Part shown: positions 25,415-38,785 of the stretch, piece by piece | Numbering within the stretch: position 1 is the stretch's first letter | Layout: every line of letters starts with the position of its first letter | Source of the DNA: Bigelowiella natans CCMP2755 | Taxonomy: Eukaryota > Protista > Cercozoa | Length of the DNA stretch: 43,121 nt | Reading direction: 5' to 3' | Assembly (NCBI GenBank): GCA_000320545.1 | Contig: ADNK01001132.1 | Span: 1-43,121 of the forward strand | Notes under the pieces: model-generated | The model's input: the letters and a program-made list of their open reading frames with translations, nothing else | Databases searched by the model: none | What the model was told of the DNA's origin: nothing | Program-made: the position numbers and the translations under genes

Positions 25415-27796
25415 CTAAATGACTTCATTTACGATCTTAAGCTCTGCCATCAGTTCCTCTTTTTCCCTGGTAAGGGCAGCGAATCTCTGCTGGGAAGCAG
25501 CTTCTTTATTTTCCTCTAGATCCAGTTGTGTTTGGACAGTCCTCAAGCGAATAGGGAGGGCATTTCCTTCCTGGTTCATCAGCTCTACGAAGCATCTTCC
25601 ATCGCGTTCTGAACGTTCTATGTTATCAATTGTTTTGGCAACCTCCCGACAAATTTTTTGAGCCCGGATTTGATAGCCCCCAAGAATAATATTGAGCCTA
25701 CTAGCTGTTTTCTGGGCCTTCTTCGCCTCCTTAGCAAGCTTTTGCCTCACGATTTCAAATTCTTGTTTTAAGGCAATAAGCTTTTCTTTCTTCGAGCAAT
25801 CAGAAAGTTTTCCGTAGACCTTCTTCGAGGGAAGAAACATTATGTTAGTTGAACACTTCTCCATTTCTTTGAAAGTGGAATCGTCCAGAAGTCCTGAGGG
25901 AGCAGTACGCTTGACCTCTTCCTCCAGCAACAAATACGCTGCTTGCATTTCTTCGAAGCTAAGTTCATCCATATCTTGCAGCTTGCGTCGTTTTGCTGTT
26001 GCTGAAGCTCCTGGTACAGGATACTTCGCCTCATCGTTTCGAATGAGTTTGTCCATTTCCTCGAATATCAACTTTGTCGTTTGATCTTGGTCATTATTAT
26101 CAGACGCAAACCGGAGGTTTCCTATAGTTCTTGTGCGAGGAAGATCCCTTCGAAGAGCCGAAGATCGCGTCTTCATCTCCAATTCTTCTTGTGCTTTTGC
26201 TCGAGCAGCGCGAAGAGCCGCAGCATCTTCAGCGTCTTCTTCCACGTCAATCTGCTCCACCTTCTCTTCTTCCACCTTGGGAACTACTATTGCGTATCGG
26301 TGCTTTGCTTTCGGAAGCTTCCCGAATCCAGCCTTCATTTTCTTCTTCAGGTCCATCAATCGTCGTTTTTCTGCAATTGCAGTTCTAGGAGTCATCCCCC
26401 CTGCCGCAACATTGATGCCAAGACCGTCACGGGCAGGTGTAGCACTCATCATGCCTGTTGTGCCACTAAATCCGCTCACACCTGAAGCAATCGAACCAGG
26501 TGTTGCAGGTACGCCACCGCGCATTGGTGTGGTGGCACCTTCTCCTCCTCCTCCTCCTATCCGAGACGGAGTGGCAAGAGGATTTGGGGTAGCTAATCGT
26601 TGGTGGTTTGGAGTTACACCAGAAAAACTTGTGGCTACGTCAGCATTTTCACCACCGAGAAGCGGGGTCTTAGTATTTCGGAGTTTAATAATATTTTCGG
26701 CTTCTTCCATAACAGTATCCTTATTTAGCGGAGTTCGCATTGGTGTTTGTGAAGTAGCTGCAGGAGTCTGGTTGTAGTCCGCAACAAGTGTTGAAGTCAC
26801 CCCCCCTTTCTCACCGACGACGTCAGTAGCACCCATGCGAGTAATCTGCTCCAAGTCTTGTTCATTAAGCTGGGGAGATGGCAGAATCATCTCTGACCTG
26901 GTTTGTACTGTTGGAGCATCATTCATTTTGTTGATTCGAAGAAGGTGCTCGGGGAGACTGGTTTTGCGGTGGAGTTTCTGCCTGCGTGCATCTTTTTTTC
27001 TCTCCCTTTCCTCTATCACGTCTCTTCGCTCCCCGTTGATCTCCTCCGCTGTCTTCCCAAGGAAGTTCGCTGCCTCTCTCGACTTATACCCAACAGTTTT
27101 TTCCTGTGCTGTATCAAAGTAACCTTTGGGGGCTTTCTTGTAGAATGGAATTTCTGCATTGTAATCTACACCCCATTTTCGCTTACGCTTGTGACCACCA
27201 CGTCTCCAAGTAATACCAGCTTCGCGCATTTCACGACGCTTCTGCAACTGAGCCAGCCTCCTTGCCTCCTCTAATTGTCTCTCCCGGGCCTTACGCTTTG
27301 CTTTTTTACCTTGAGTATTTGCAAGTCTAGCACGTGCTTCCGAGAGCATCTCCTTCTCGTCCTCGTCCATATCAACGGGGTCGGGGCGAGCTGGCTTAGC
27401 TTCCGGATTTGGGTCTATTTCTCCTGGCCTAAGTCGCCTAGGGTCATCCTTATTATCTACAATGCCAGATTTTTGTTGAGCTGCATCTAAAAGCTTTTCG
27501 TAACGCTCAAGGCACTGCGATGATGTACGTCCGATGATCGGAGCGATGGTCCTCCATTGCGTAGGCATAATCTTTGCCAGATGAAGAAGTTTTTCCTCTT
27601 CCTCACGTGTCCACTCAGTTTTCTTGATGCTTGGGTCTAGCCACTCAAACCATCGTGCTTTACATTGTTTGGCTGATTTTCGCACCAGCAAAGAAGAAAT
27701 CCGCGACCACTGATTCTTCCCATATTTCATTACCGCAGCCTTGAGGATCTCATCCTCCGTGTTTTTCCACACGCCTCCCTTGATCATAATCCTCAT
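25415..27796 (-). CDS. CDC5L: Pre-mRNA splicing factor CDC5L/Cef1 (Myb repeats), single exon, 793 aa
   Basis: Diagnostic N-terminus MRIMIKGGVWKNTEDEILKAAVMKYGKNQWSRISSLL, DMDEDEKEMLSEARARLANTQGKKAKRKARE, TP-rich middle region and C-terminal coiled coil. The ORF is uninterrupted. Confidence 0.98.
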   Translation of the reverse strand: MRIMIKGGVWKNTEDEILKAAVMKYGKNQWSRISSLLVRKSAKQCKARWFEWLDPSIKKTEWTREEEEKLLHLAKIMPTQWRTIAPIIGRTSSQCLERYEKLLDAAQQKSGIVDNKDDPRRLRPGEIDPNPEAKPARPDPVDMDEDEKEMLSEARARLANTQGKKAKRKARERQLEEARRLAQLQKRREMREAGITWRRGGHKRKRKWGVDYNAEIPFYKKAPKGYFDTAQEKTVGYKSREAANFLGKTAEEINGERRDVIEERERKKDARRQKLHRKTSLPEHLLRINKMNDAPTVQTRSEMILPSPQLNEQDLEQITRMGATDVVGEKGGVTSTLVADYNQTPAATSQTPMRTPLNKDTVMEEAENIIKLRNTKTPLLGGENADVATSFSGVTPNHQRLATPNPLATPSRIGGGGGEGATTPMRGGVPATPGSIASGVSGFSGTTGMMSATPARDGLGINVAAGGMTPRTAIAEKRRLMDLKKKMKAGFGKLPKAKHRYAIVVPKVEEEKVEQIDVEEDAEDAAALRAARAKAQEELEMKTRSSALRRDLPRTRTIGNLRFASDNNDQDQTTKLIFEEMDKLIRNDEAKYPVPGASATAKRRKLQDMDELSFEEMQAAYLLLEEEVKRTAPSGLLDDSTFKEMEKCSTNIMFLPSKKVYGKLSDCSKKEKLIALKQEFEIVRQKLAKEAKKAQKTASRLNIILGGYQIRAQKICREVAKTIDNIERSERDGRCFVELMNQEGNALPIRLRTVQTQLDLEENKEAASQQRFAALTREKEELMAELKIVNEVI

Positions 27797-28562
27797 AGTT
27801 GCTCTCTTTGTGCGCCAATTAGGCGGGTCCCTCTGTTATTTTGATAAAGTTCCTGTTCTCACGTGTGGGCGAATGAGATTGCGGGGGGGTGGAAAGCCTC
27901 CTCGGTACAGATTTTTGGTTACGAGCCTGTTACAATATAAATCTATTATCTAGTGTATTTATTTAAAGAGACATCATATGTTTAAAAATTCAGGCTGAAA
28001 ATTAAGATTAGCTGCGTTGATGTAGATGTATGTATTGAACTGAAACCAGTACGCAGGATGTTTGATTCAGGTTTTCGGTCAGTAGTTACACGGTCTTTTG
28101 TATGAAGATAAATGATAACATTCTTCATTTTTTCCAATAAACTTTTAATAATCTACGATATATTTAATCAACACAAACATCCAAATGAGATACTCTATAT
28201 CTTAATATCATTTTCCCTCTAAAAGCATAATCTGAGCATTTTCAGAATATCATTATTAGAAAACTTTAAAATTTGATTCCTTCGTACAATAAATAGAATC
28301 TAATTTCACCAAAATAGGTCAAAATCACCTTTTCCCACTCCCAACACGATGAAACAAACTGCCCATATAATTCTGAATTTTTGAGTTTGTAAATTGACGA
28401 CCTAATTCTAGTCTTCTCAGTGGAAGTTTCCCCGATGCTCACTACCACCAGGCTTTTCTCACTATAGATTGCAGAAAGACCTACTTTCAATCTAGACGAC
28501 TTCAATTTTATTATGTCGTTCAACTAAGAGTCTAGTCTTCATCTACCTAGGAGAGGGAAATA

Positions 28563-29872
28563 ATGGCCTCCAGTAGCCCAAGCACACAGGCAAAGGTTGA
28601 AAGTAATAGAAGAAGGGAAAATCAGCAACAATCACCAGGATTACAGACTCATGTTTCTAAATTAGAACCTAATGTTTGTATCATCATACACATGTGTAAT
28701 CAGATTCGACTCACCAAAGAGTATAAACGCATAAAAAAGGTTCGTACAGATGGTAAAAAAAGGCCATGTTATATGAAATAAGTTTTCTCAGAGTTTCTGC
28801 TGCACTTTTGCTATGAATCCTAATATCGTTCTCAACCCAATTACGAAGAATACACGTTTACTTATCAGGAGAACGTTGAAAACATTGAAGCGAAGCCATT
28901 ATATACGAACATTTTGGAATGGCATTATGTCGTTACCGGTCCAAAAGGAACACCCTATGAGGTGCTTTGAAGTTTGTATTTTTTTTTCCCATAGTTCATG
29001 TCAATGAATCTATTGAAAATCGTCGAAAAATGTTGATTTTTCAATTAGGGAGGAATATATCACGGAAAATTAAAATTTCCATCGAATTATCCATTTGGTC
29101 CCCCAAGCATCTATATGCTGACACCAAGTGGAAGGTTCCAAATTAATAAAAAACTTTGCTTATCTATGAGCGACTTCCATCCAGAGAGCTGGAATCCATT
29201 ATGGAGTGTGTCTAGCATTCTGAAAGGCCTACTATCATTCATGGTGTGGATAACTAGTGAGAAAAGTATCTGTCAACACGATTTCAACCCATGACCTTGA
29301 CGATGGCAATGTTTCCTGAATATTTATCAATAATGGCACTAGTCGTCAAAATTATGCTTTTCTCCATTTCATTTCAAAAATATTTTCCATAAACAGTTAG
29401 AAGAGACGCCAACATATGGGTCAATAAAGACGACAGAAATGCAAAAGAGGGCGTTTGCCCGAACATCATTAGCTTTTAATTGTAGGTCAGTTGCCGGTGT
29501 TATGTTTAATATTTTATCAGTTTATGAGATCCTACGTTCGCAGGTCAAAAACATTCAAAACATTATTTCCTCATTATATGGAATTGTATGAGGAAAGAAA
29601 AGCTGAGAATCCACAAGAAGCTGCTGCGGGTAATAATTAGGATTCGAACAAATATTAAATTATTTAATGATATCCGGTAATTTCTTTCCCAAATAAATTT
29701 GAATCCCAAGGACCATTTTTGGTGTGTCAACTCAGATGCTGCAGCAGTTCTCTCTACTGTAAAAAGTCTCAATACTAGTGGCAACCAAGTCAACACTTCG
29801 AATTTGGAATACGTCACAATCTCTGTTGTCGTACTTATGTTGGCTGGACTCATGTCATTATTGTACGTTTGA
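28563..29872 (+). CDS. UBC6: Tail-anchored ubiquitin-conjugating enzyme E2 J2 / Ubc6, multi-exon
   Basis: IRLTKEY; [18 protein letters not shown] | [65 protein letters not shown] | [10 protein letters not shown]; C-terminal TM helix [20 protein letters not shown]. Confidence 0.95.
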
Positions 29873-30164
29873 ATGATTTAGCTGTTTCGTTCAGTTATCT
29901 TCGTGCCTTGAACACCACAATGCTAACAGTTACGCTTTGGCGTTGCAATGTTGCAAATATCTTATACTTCGATGTATTATGTGAGGATATTATTCGCGTG
30001 CGCAGGTTGTACAAAGACTAAGCTTGATGACGAACAAATGTAAATATTATCACTGAATCTATATTACGCAAATTATACAAACCTAATAGCACTGATACAG
30101 TAGCTATGTCTAGACATGCCATGCGGCTACTTGCCAAGATTAGTTCTAGAGTTGGGCGGGAAAA

Positions 30165-30425
30165 AATGAAAGTCGAGACAAGATGTCGCGATGAATTGTT
30201 GATGAATCCACATATGCGCTTGGCTGCAAAAGCACGCGTCCAAGTCTGCATCGCACAGGAAGCCCTAGCCCTGTCAATGTCACTCGAAACGTCATCAGTT
30301 CCAACAACGAGCTTGCGATTGTGTGGAAAGTCGAGATGACGTCGAGACATGGGCTAGCCCCCCCATCTCGACTTTTTTGGTATGTCATCTCAACGCTCAA
30401 TGTCGCGATGACGTAGAGATGAGTG
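30165..30425. repeat. Cluster of short GTCG(A/C)GATGAC-like motifs in both orientations
   Basis: Copies at about 30172, 30185, 30330, 30341, 30365 (rc), 30384 (rc) and 30402. A perfect 12-bp inverted pair is formed by aaagtcgagatg (30327-30338) and catctcgacttt (30364-30375). Confidence 0.55.
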
Positions 30426-31008
30426 TTACGGGCCTGCCTAGCTGCGACGCAACTTTACATTCATTGTGTCAACATGCAAGAAACACAACTCCATTCACAA
30501 TGCACAGCCATGGCTTCTGGAACAATTCCTGACTTTGACTTTTGTTTTTTTCCCAAAAATTGTCATCATCTATGTCATCTACATGCTGATCTTGGCAACT
30601 AGCCACACAACAAAAGGTTTTGCAATCTCACAGCCAAATGCAGTTGAACGAACACAGTCAAGTTCATGCGATGCGCACATGACTTGATCGAATCGAAGCA
30701 AGTCGCATGATCTGAAATGTTCATCGATCGCGGGCTACTACATGCAGCGTGCACTTACACATCGTCTAGCTAGCTAGCTATGGATCTCATGCTAGCATGA
30801 CATGCTCGCGCGCACATTTACCAGGCGCATAGCATCATTTCACTTTGCACCCTAGTCACTGCGTCGGCAAACACGTTGCATGATGTTGATACAAAACTTA
30901 TGGAAAGACGAGGCGACAAGAGGAGTTTATTGACCATTTACCAGTTTACTTGTTCGGGTTAAAAATGATACATAAATCATAGCGCGCAGCGATATTAGGT
31001 ACTAGATA

Positions 31009-31779
31009 CTAAAAAGCATCGATATTAAGATCCTTGACAGCGCTGTCTATGTCTTCAATGGTACCGTTATTGTCCTCTGCCTCAAAATTTGTCAAGAACG
31101 TATTGTCTGCTGCATCTTTTTCTTCCTCCTCGTCCCTACTTACGTTGGAGAAGTGAGTTATAATCAGGTTGCTACAACTGGCTACATAACTACAAGAGTA
31201 ATCCTAAACTACTGCATACCGTTGGTTTGCGTTTTGTATCTCATTGAAAGGAGATCCTACACCAACCTGAGATGAGTGTCATAACAAACAATGCCCTAAG
31301 ATATATCTATCTACACCAGAATGTATGAAGGCTATGGTAGATTGTTTCAGTACTCCAGGTTGTGGTAGTGGGGGGGCTTGTGCGGCCGAATTTATCTTTG
31401 AGAACAACAGCCGGAGCACGCGCTCACGATCCTAATGTGAGACAGAAATAGAGCCTGAGATGCTGTTTGTTTTGGAGAACACGCTGATTTTGAAAATATA
31501 CTCTAACACGGTTCTCAGAATCCTTATTTTTACCATTAGCATGATTCTTTTGGTCATAATATTCCATCAAGTATTGACAGCATCACCTCTGGAGAGAGCT
31601 CACTTATATCAACACGTTTATTCGGCCGGAGAGGTTCTTCTGAATTTGACCTCTTTTTACCTAAGCAGTAGGAATAAGCGAGAAGAAGTTACACTTTATG
31701 CAGTCGAGGAGGTATATGAAAAGTGGTGTGTGTTTTTCATTTGCGCACATAGACGCAGAAAGGGGCAAAGGGAGAGCAA

Positions 31780-31822
<43 letters not shown>

Positions 31823-33952
31823 CCAATTTTGGATTGGAGAAGACTTCCCTTTCGAGTAGTTAGGGCCAGCAATTGCCTCGTATGAATCTTAAAATGGTAT
31901 CAAAAGCAATAGATATAGATTATATCAACCCAACTTAACGTTATCATTCATTAGGGTGAATAATCGATAAATCTCCTTACTCACTCTTCCACTTTTGTTA
32001 TTGAAACAAGAACATGAAAAATACTCCTGTCAGTCAACCTTCTTCTGAAACTTTGCTTCACGATTTTTTTTCTGCTTGATTTCATACTTCACCTGATTAA
32101 TTAGGAAAGAGAATTGAATGCGTACTACTTTCAGAAATGATATTATCGAGGGTTTTGTGAATTCAGGAATAATAAATCACAATAATTATAAAATACATAG
32201 TTAGGCAACGAAAGCTTGGCAAGGGTGACTTTTCACAACACAATGCAAACACGTACCTGTTCAAGTGCAGCCAAAAAATATCTCTCTACATCTCCGCGCT
32301 GGTCTAACATCCTTTGCGCCAGTTTTTTAATTCTATGTAAGTCCTGACACCAATATTGATATTTTTGAATAATCATCTGCCTAGTATGATACAAAATTTC
32401 ATATGTCATTAGTTTATATCGGTCTAGCTCTCGTGGTTAATGGAATTAAAACACCAAAAAGATCTAGTCTTCTCATACTTTTATCTTCATGGTAAGATGG
32501 TGTTTTAGCTCGTCGATTTGATAGTCCTTGTCTACGGAGGAATGGTCACACATTAGGCAAATTCCAACAACAATTTCACATAAATATCCTCCGCACAATC
32601 AATTGCTTTTATTACTTCAAACGAATACTACTTTTACTAATGCACCAAATAAATCTGACTAAGAACTGATTAAAAGACAAACAGAAAGACTCGGTGAAAT
32701 AATGAGCAAAAATGATTCAACTTAGTTCGCCAGTACGCATACTCACACACAGAGACACACAAGCGCACACCTCCGGGCTTTCTGGCTTCAACCAACTCTT
32801 TTTTCAAAGCTGATATCTCTTGCTGCAATAAGTTAGAAAGCAAGAGTATTTTTATAAAAAAGGGATTATGTATCTGGTGCATTGCTGCAGAGAAAATAGG
32901 ATGAAGACTGCGCATATTGCTGTATCCACAACAAACATCACCTTCAAGGCAGAGATCCGATTCTCTAACTCTTCGTTCGCTGCCCGCATCTTGCGTATGT
33001 TATCCATGTGCCTAAATCATCCGAAATACATTAAATGATTTCCTCATTGATGATTTGATTTAGCCTTGGTGAAATTATCATATTGAGATTAGTGACGACT
33101 TTGCTCCTCGAGATGCCTGCATGCTATCTTTCTGGCTCGCGAGATCCAAGTCCTGTGGTTGTATATTCTCTTTAGTGTGGATAGGACGCTAATTCCTTAG
33201 ATCGCTAATGACATGCGTGATGTTGAATTCGAGGTTAATGTCCTTTATCTCATCTATTTTCTCGTGCATCTTCTGAGCCAAATCACCAATTTAGCCTGCT
33301 TCAGCTTCGCCTTCAGCTTATCATTCTGGGCGCTAAGTACATTTAAAATAGCATCATTATCCAAAAGAGACAGATAGACGAATTGTTTCTACCGAAGCGT
33401 GTTGACCCCTTGTACATGAAATCGAATCTCATCGGCCTAGATGGTTACCATTTTAATTATATTATACACAATGCTGATAACACTCTTTAAAATACAAAAA
33501 TGGATGATACTCGTACCATCTGAGTGTTCAGAATTCGAAGTTTCTGGGACTCCAATTCCATTTCTTTAGTAACAATTTTTCGGCATTCAGACCTGGACAA
33601 TTCACGAAAACTTAAGAGAATATAGAAAGGGTAATGATATGGGAAGGGCTTGGTTTACTTGAATAATCTTATTCTCCCTTCCATCTCTTTCTGCATTCGC
33701 TCTTTCACCTATTCGATTGCTTAATGTTAGAGGTGACTTTTGAAGTTTTAACCTATGTGTGAAAATGCAAACTAACCTGTAGAAATTTATGTTCCATATC
33801 TCTAATCTTTTCAAAATTGCGTGCTTTGAGAAGTTTCATGTCAATTTTTGCTTGCTCCAGTTCGTTCGCAAGCTCGACGCGAGTCTCCTTGAAATGGTCT
33901 AGTTCCTGTAAAAATAGTCCCGCGCTCGTAAGTGTGTGCAAATGTATCAATG

Positions 33953-33995
<43 letters not shown>

Positions 33996-34920
33996 GGGGG
34001 GGTGAGTGATAGTTTTTGGGTAATCAGGGCGAATAGCCTGCCGCTTGTAACTGTTCCTCTCACATGTAATTCATGTAATATACCTTAAGGTTTTTCTGTA
34101 GCTTTGAATTCTCCTTTCGAATATCTATGGCCTTCTGATCCCCTTCCTTACGGGTTGCTGCCACAGCTTTTGCAACCTTATATGGTGAAGAGGTAAAATC
34201 TTTTAAAAATTCTATTTTTTATGGTTTATGCACGCAGTTAGATCTCGAAAAAATATTTTTTTCATGGTTTAGGCACTTGGTTAGACCTCAAGGCTGTTCC
34301 CTTTTCTTAGGTCCCTGTTTTGATCTAAGAGTTCCCTGTAAATAAGAAAAATCAAAAATATTCATCCTAGCTGATCGAATACTTACTAAGACAGATTGTA
34401 ACATAAGTGCAATTGATGCTTAAATTAATTACCGGAGTCTTCTGTTGAGCTTTTCCGTCTCTCTTGATTTTCGTCGGTTTTCCTCAAGGAGCCGGCTTAT
34501 CTCCTGCGACATACATCTCTTAACTTACGGGCTTTTAAGCATACACATTTTCAATTGATATGCTCATATGATCATGGCAATATGTGTTGGTGCGCGTGCG
34601 AAAGCAGATATGTAAATGTTTATATGTCCTTATTACAGCTTCGCTCTTATCCTCCAACTCTGCGATATATGCTTCCAAATCTTTTGCCTTCATAAGATCA
34701 CATCATAAAGAATCTTATAAAGGTCAATAGTACCTACGGTGTCATCTAAAACAACCTTCCTTGCAGCTTTCGAGCTTCTCTCTTTCATATCCTTGTACTG
34801 TTTCTCTTGAACTTTGGCCAGAATTGTCGAGGGTTTGATCTCACCGTTCGCTTTGAAGGATGAAGAACTCCCTGCGGAGGTATCCGCCAATTTAGTTCCA
34901 TTCTTTTGTTTCTTCACCAT
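31009..34920 (-). CDS. BBOF1: Basal body orientation factor 1 (CCDC176/DUF4515)-like coiled-coil protein, multi-exon
   Basis: Long coiled coil with KKLAQRMLDQRGDVERYFLAALEQ | VKYEIK (about 32340-32060) and DRERVLRLLFSKIN (about 31430-31390), both BBOF1-type motifs. Stop at 31009. The frame is open upstream of 34920, so extra 5' exons back to an ATG at 35408 are possible. Confidence 0.75.
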
Positions 34921-35546
34921 ATTGGCACGATGAAGTAACTGATTGTGGTAAGTAAGTGAATCCAGAGGTGCTCGAGTGCCACGCCGGTTACACCTCCATT
35001 CCCTGTAAGCAATTGTGTGCCAAATCTATATGTCTCAATCTTCGAATCGAGGGTATTTTTAAGAATTTAGGAGTATTTATCTATGGCAACTCTAAATATA
35101 TGTCGCATCTAACAAATCATCTTCGTTTGCTCATCTACAGAAAGCGCACCAAGTTGCACGAAAAGTATGAGAGCTATGGTGCATGCATTTTGGAAGAAGA
35201 GAGAAATGATGCTGTTTTGAACCACCAGAGTGCCTGCAGATACAACAAGTTCACAAAAGCTTCGTTACTTGTCAATCTTCCAGCGTTCATCAAATTTCAA
35301 CATACAGGGCTGAACAGAAACATGTCGCAGAGAAGCGAAATTTTTCCGTGACTCTTCTCTGTCGATCTTCGTGTATCCTACCTCCCTCCTCCTCCTTCTC
35401 CGATCCATGGGTCAATCTGAGGCCTCTACAGGTAAAACTGAATCGGTTGAGGGGTTCCAGGCCGGAATATTCCGAAGCTTGCGCAGGCACAACAAATAAT
35501 ACATGTATGCGGATTCCTGTTTGTGTACGAAAAAGGTGGTCACAAG

Positions 35547-38430
35547 ATGGACAACATAACAGACAGTATCTTAGAGCAAGTTGACATATTCGTGTCGGAT
35601 GAAGCTGTGAAAAATTCCGAAGTGGCAAGCAAAAGCCTCGAGGAGGTTAAACAAGGTTTACATTTTGATAGAACGATGATGATGATGATGATGATGGTGA
35701 TGATGATAGTTGTAGTAGTGGTGACGATAGTATGAGATGATGGGAAATCAAGTTGACCTTAGGCACACGTGGCGTCAAATCAACATCATTCCATTACACG
35801 GTTGTGTGGCTACTACCTGTATTGCAGCCACACCAACCACTATGGACATCTGCAACGCTAAAAACAACATGATGCTTTTCGACTGCCTATGAATGATGAA
35901 TGCTGCAATGTTATTTTCGAATGAAATACAAAAATATCATTTCAGCCGTGCGAACTGGAAATGCTAGATTAGAGCAGGTGGTAACTTTAATGGAGCCTTA
36001 CCTCACGAGCACAACTGACTCGATCCGGAAAAGAGGTTTGGACCTTCATCGCCCATAAGAAGAGAGCATGTTAGCGATGATCACGTGATTATTCAAAGTG
36101 GTCATATTCCTCCTTACTTACCTTGCAGGAGTCAAGATGATTGTAGAGCTGCTCGTATCCATTGCTACAGGAGAAAGCGAAGGGGAAGAAAAAGGAAAAA
36201 AGAATGCGACAGTAGTAGTGGGAAAGCAGGAAGCAGCGTTCGCTGCCTTCTTTATATCAAAGATTGCTGATTACGCGTACGCAACCATAAATGATTAATT
36301 TATGCATGGTTCTTTTGCAACGTAATAATAAATGTTAGAACTCTTTCAAAATTATTCTTCCCTCCTTTCCAACAAATGAAAGATCACGTTCGCACCCTCT
36401 TTTAAGGTGTGTGAAAGAGGGACTGGAGGGGCTGCTGGTGACGATCAAATCAGGGAATTTCCCAAAGGAAGAAACAAAATCTGCGGTGGAGTGGTATTAG
36501 CACTACCCAACAATTTTCCCTTTTTGTCGTAAGTAAAAGAATCTTACACCCCGTTGTTGTCCTCTTCCCTTCTCCTATTTCTTCCAACTCTGATTATATC
36601 TATCAGCATATTAAGCAAAATAACCGTCCAATCGCTACCACAATCATCTCGTCACACTGCCCTCGAGATTCTCCGGGAATTTACAAAAATTAAGGGGTGT
36701 TGCGCTGTTCTCCTCTCTCTGGGCTCATTCTTTCCCAAAGGCTTCACAGACGTATGATGCACAATAAATAATCACTTTTTCACTATCATGCAAAGTAAAG
36801 CTTTAATGAATTTGGAAAGCATAAACTCTCTTATACAAAAACTTTTTCTCATTCCAATTTTTGTTGTTGAAGGTAATGGATGGCGAAAAGGATCCGCGTT
36901 GTTTGACGCTTTGTTTCGATATTGTTGCATTCATCGGAGAACATTTTGACGAATCATCTCTCAAAGAGGCAGCAGAAGATTTGTTTGATGTTACAGCATG
37001 TTACTTTCCCATCACTTTCAAGCCGCCAAAAAATGATCCTTATCGTATCACCACGGAAGATATGAAAAGGGGACTCAGTAGGGCGCTAAGCTCTTCCCAG
37101 CTTTTCTGTAAGTATGTTGTAGAGCTTGTATCTGAAACCGTGCAAGAAGGTGCAGCTGGAAGGAGTAAGGAGGAGGAGGAAGAAGGCAGCAGCAGCAGCA
37201 AAAGGTCATTAGTAGTGTTTCAATTTATAATGTGTATATAGTCACCATCATCTTCAGCATGATCAACCTTTTATGATGCCATAACGATTATTATTATCTC
37301 TCTCATTTTGCTTCTTTCTTCTTCTTCTTCTAGCATTTATGATGCATTAGATCTACTCGGTGACTGCATCAGCGCATACAATACCCGTGCCTTGACGACG
37401 GAATTGCCCACATTGAGACGATTCTTCTCAGAGTTATTCATAACCTCAATATTAAGCGATGAGACACTGAAAGCGCATGCAATATACGCTCTAAGGGCAG
37501 TTGTGCGAAAACTCTGCCCAGATAAGATCAGTGGGTTTTTCGTAAGTGGTGTACGACATGAGTGGGATGGTTTTGTGCATCCTCTGATTGAACAATGTAA
37601 GGCTCGACTCGTTGGTATGGAGTCGAAAGAATCATCCATTTTTCTTACAGCAATAGCTGGTGCTTCATTAAATGCGTTACGAGCAGTGTTTAGTAAGGTT
37701 TACCCAACATTAAAAGACCAAGCCTTCAATGCTGGCACGTCTCCTACGCACAGACAACAAATCTTAGAGTATGTTAAGATACAACAGGCAACGACGATAA
37801 ATCCTAGTAGTGTGTGTATGTGTATGTGTGAATAAGAAGTTTATGCTGATGAGGAGGAGGTAGATTTACCACATTTATTAAGTTGGGGATTTTGCGAAGG
37901 AAGGAGGGGTATTGTTATTATTATTTCACACAACACACATAATACAGACCAAAAATGAGTACAGAACGGTCATGATGGGCAATATGACCTCCTTGTATTT
38001 CTGTTATGATATTTCAGGTTTTTCCGTGATCTGGTGTACGCAGCATATGAGTTACTTCTGACAAAACAATACCACAACGATGATGATAATCCCATTATAG
38101 ACCATCTTGCGTCTCTCGAAGGCTTATTCATGTCTTGTTTACATGGGGGTTATGAGGAGCAACGTGTCGCAGCACTCACCGGCTTGACAAACATACTTCT
38201 GTTTTGTGCAAAGATAATAGAGAAAAACAAGAGTAGTAATATCATGGCCAGAGAAAGTAGTTGCAGTGATAGTAGTAGTAGTGGTAGTTCTTTGAATGTG
38301 ACCATGAAATCATCACAAAAAAAATGGAATGTTGGTGGCGACAAGGAAAGACAAGAAGGAGTGAAAGAAAAGCACAACAGTAATAATGATAATAAAAGGT
38401 GCTGCTCTGCAGAAACGGTAAGCCGCATAA

Positions 38431-38468
<38 letters not shown>

Positions 38469-38704
38469 TCGTGCTCATCAACAAATGAGAGGGGGGGGAA
38501 GAAAGCCATGAATTTGGATGGTAATAGTACAAGTACAGATGTTGAGCAATATCGTTACCATCATCATCATCGTCGTCATCATCATCGCTATTATTACCAT
38601 TATGGCCATCATATGGTTTCTCATCATCGTATTATTATCATATGATTCTTATTCCATCATTCAAAATATCTATTCCCTCCCTCTCTCCTCCCTCCTCTCT
38701 ACCC

Positions 38705-38744
<40 letters not shown>

Positions 38745-38746
38745 TA

Positions 38747-38785
<39 letters not shown>

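Noticed and set aside
25419-27490. Plus-strand ORFs of up to 214 aa
   Set aside because: Antisense shadows of the CDC5L coding sequence.
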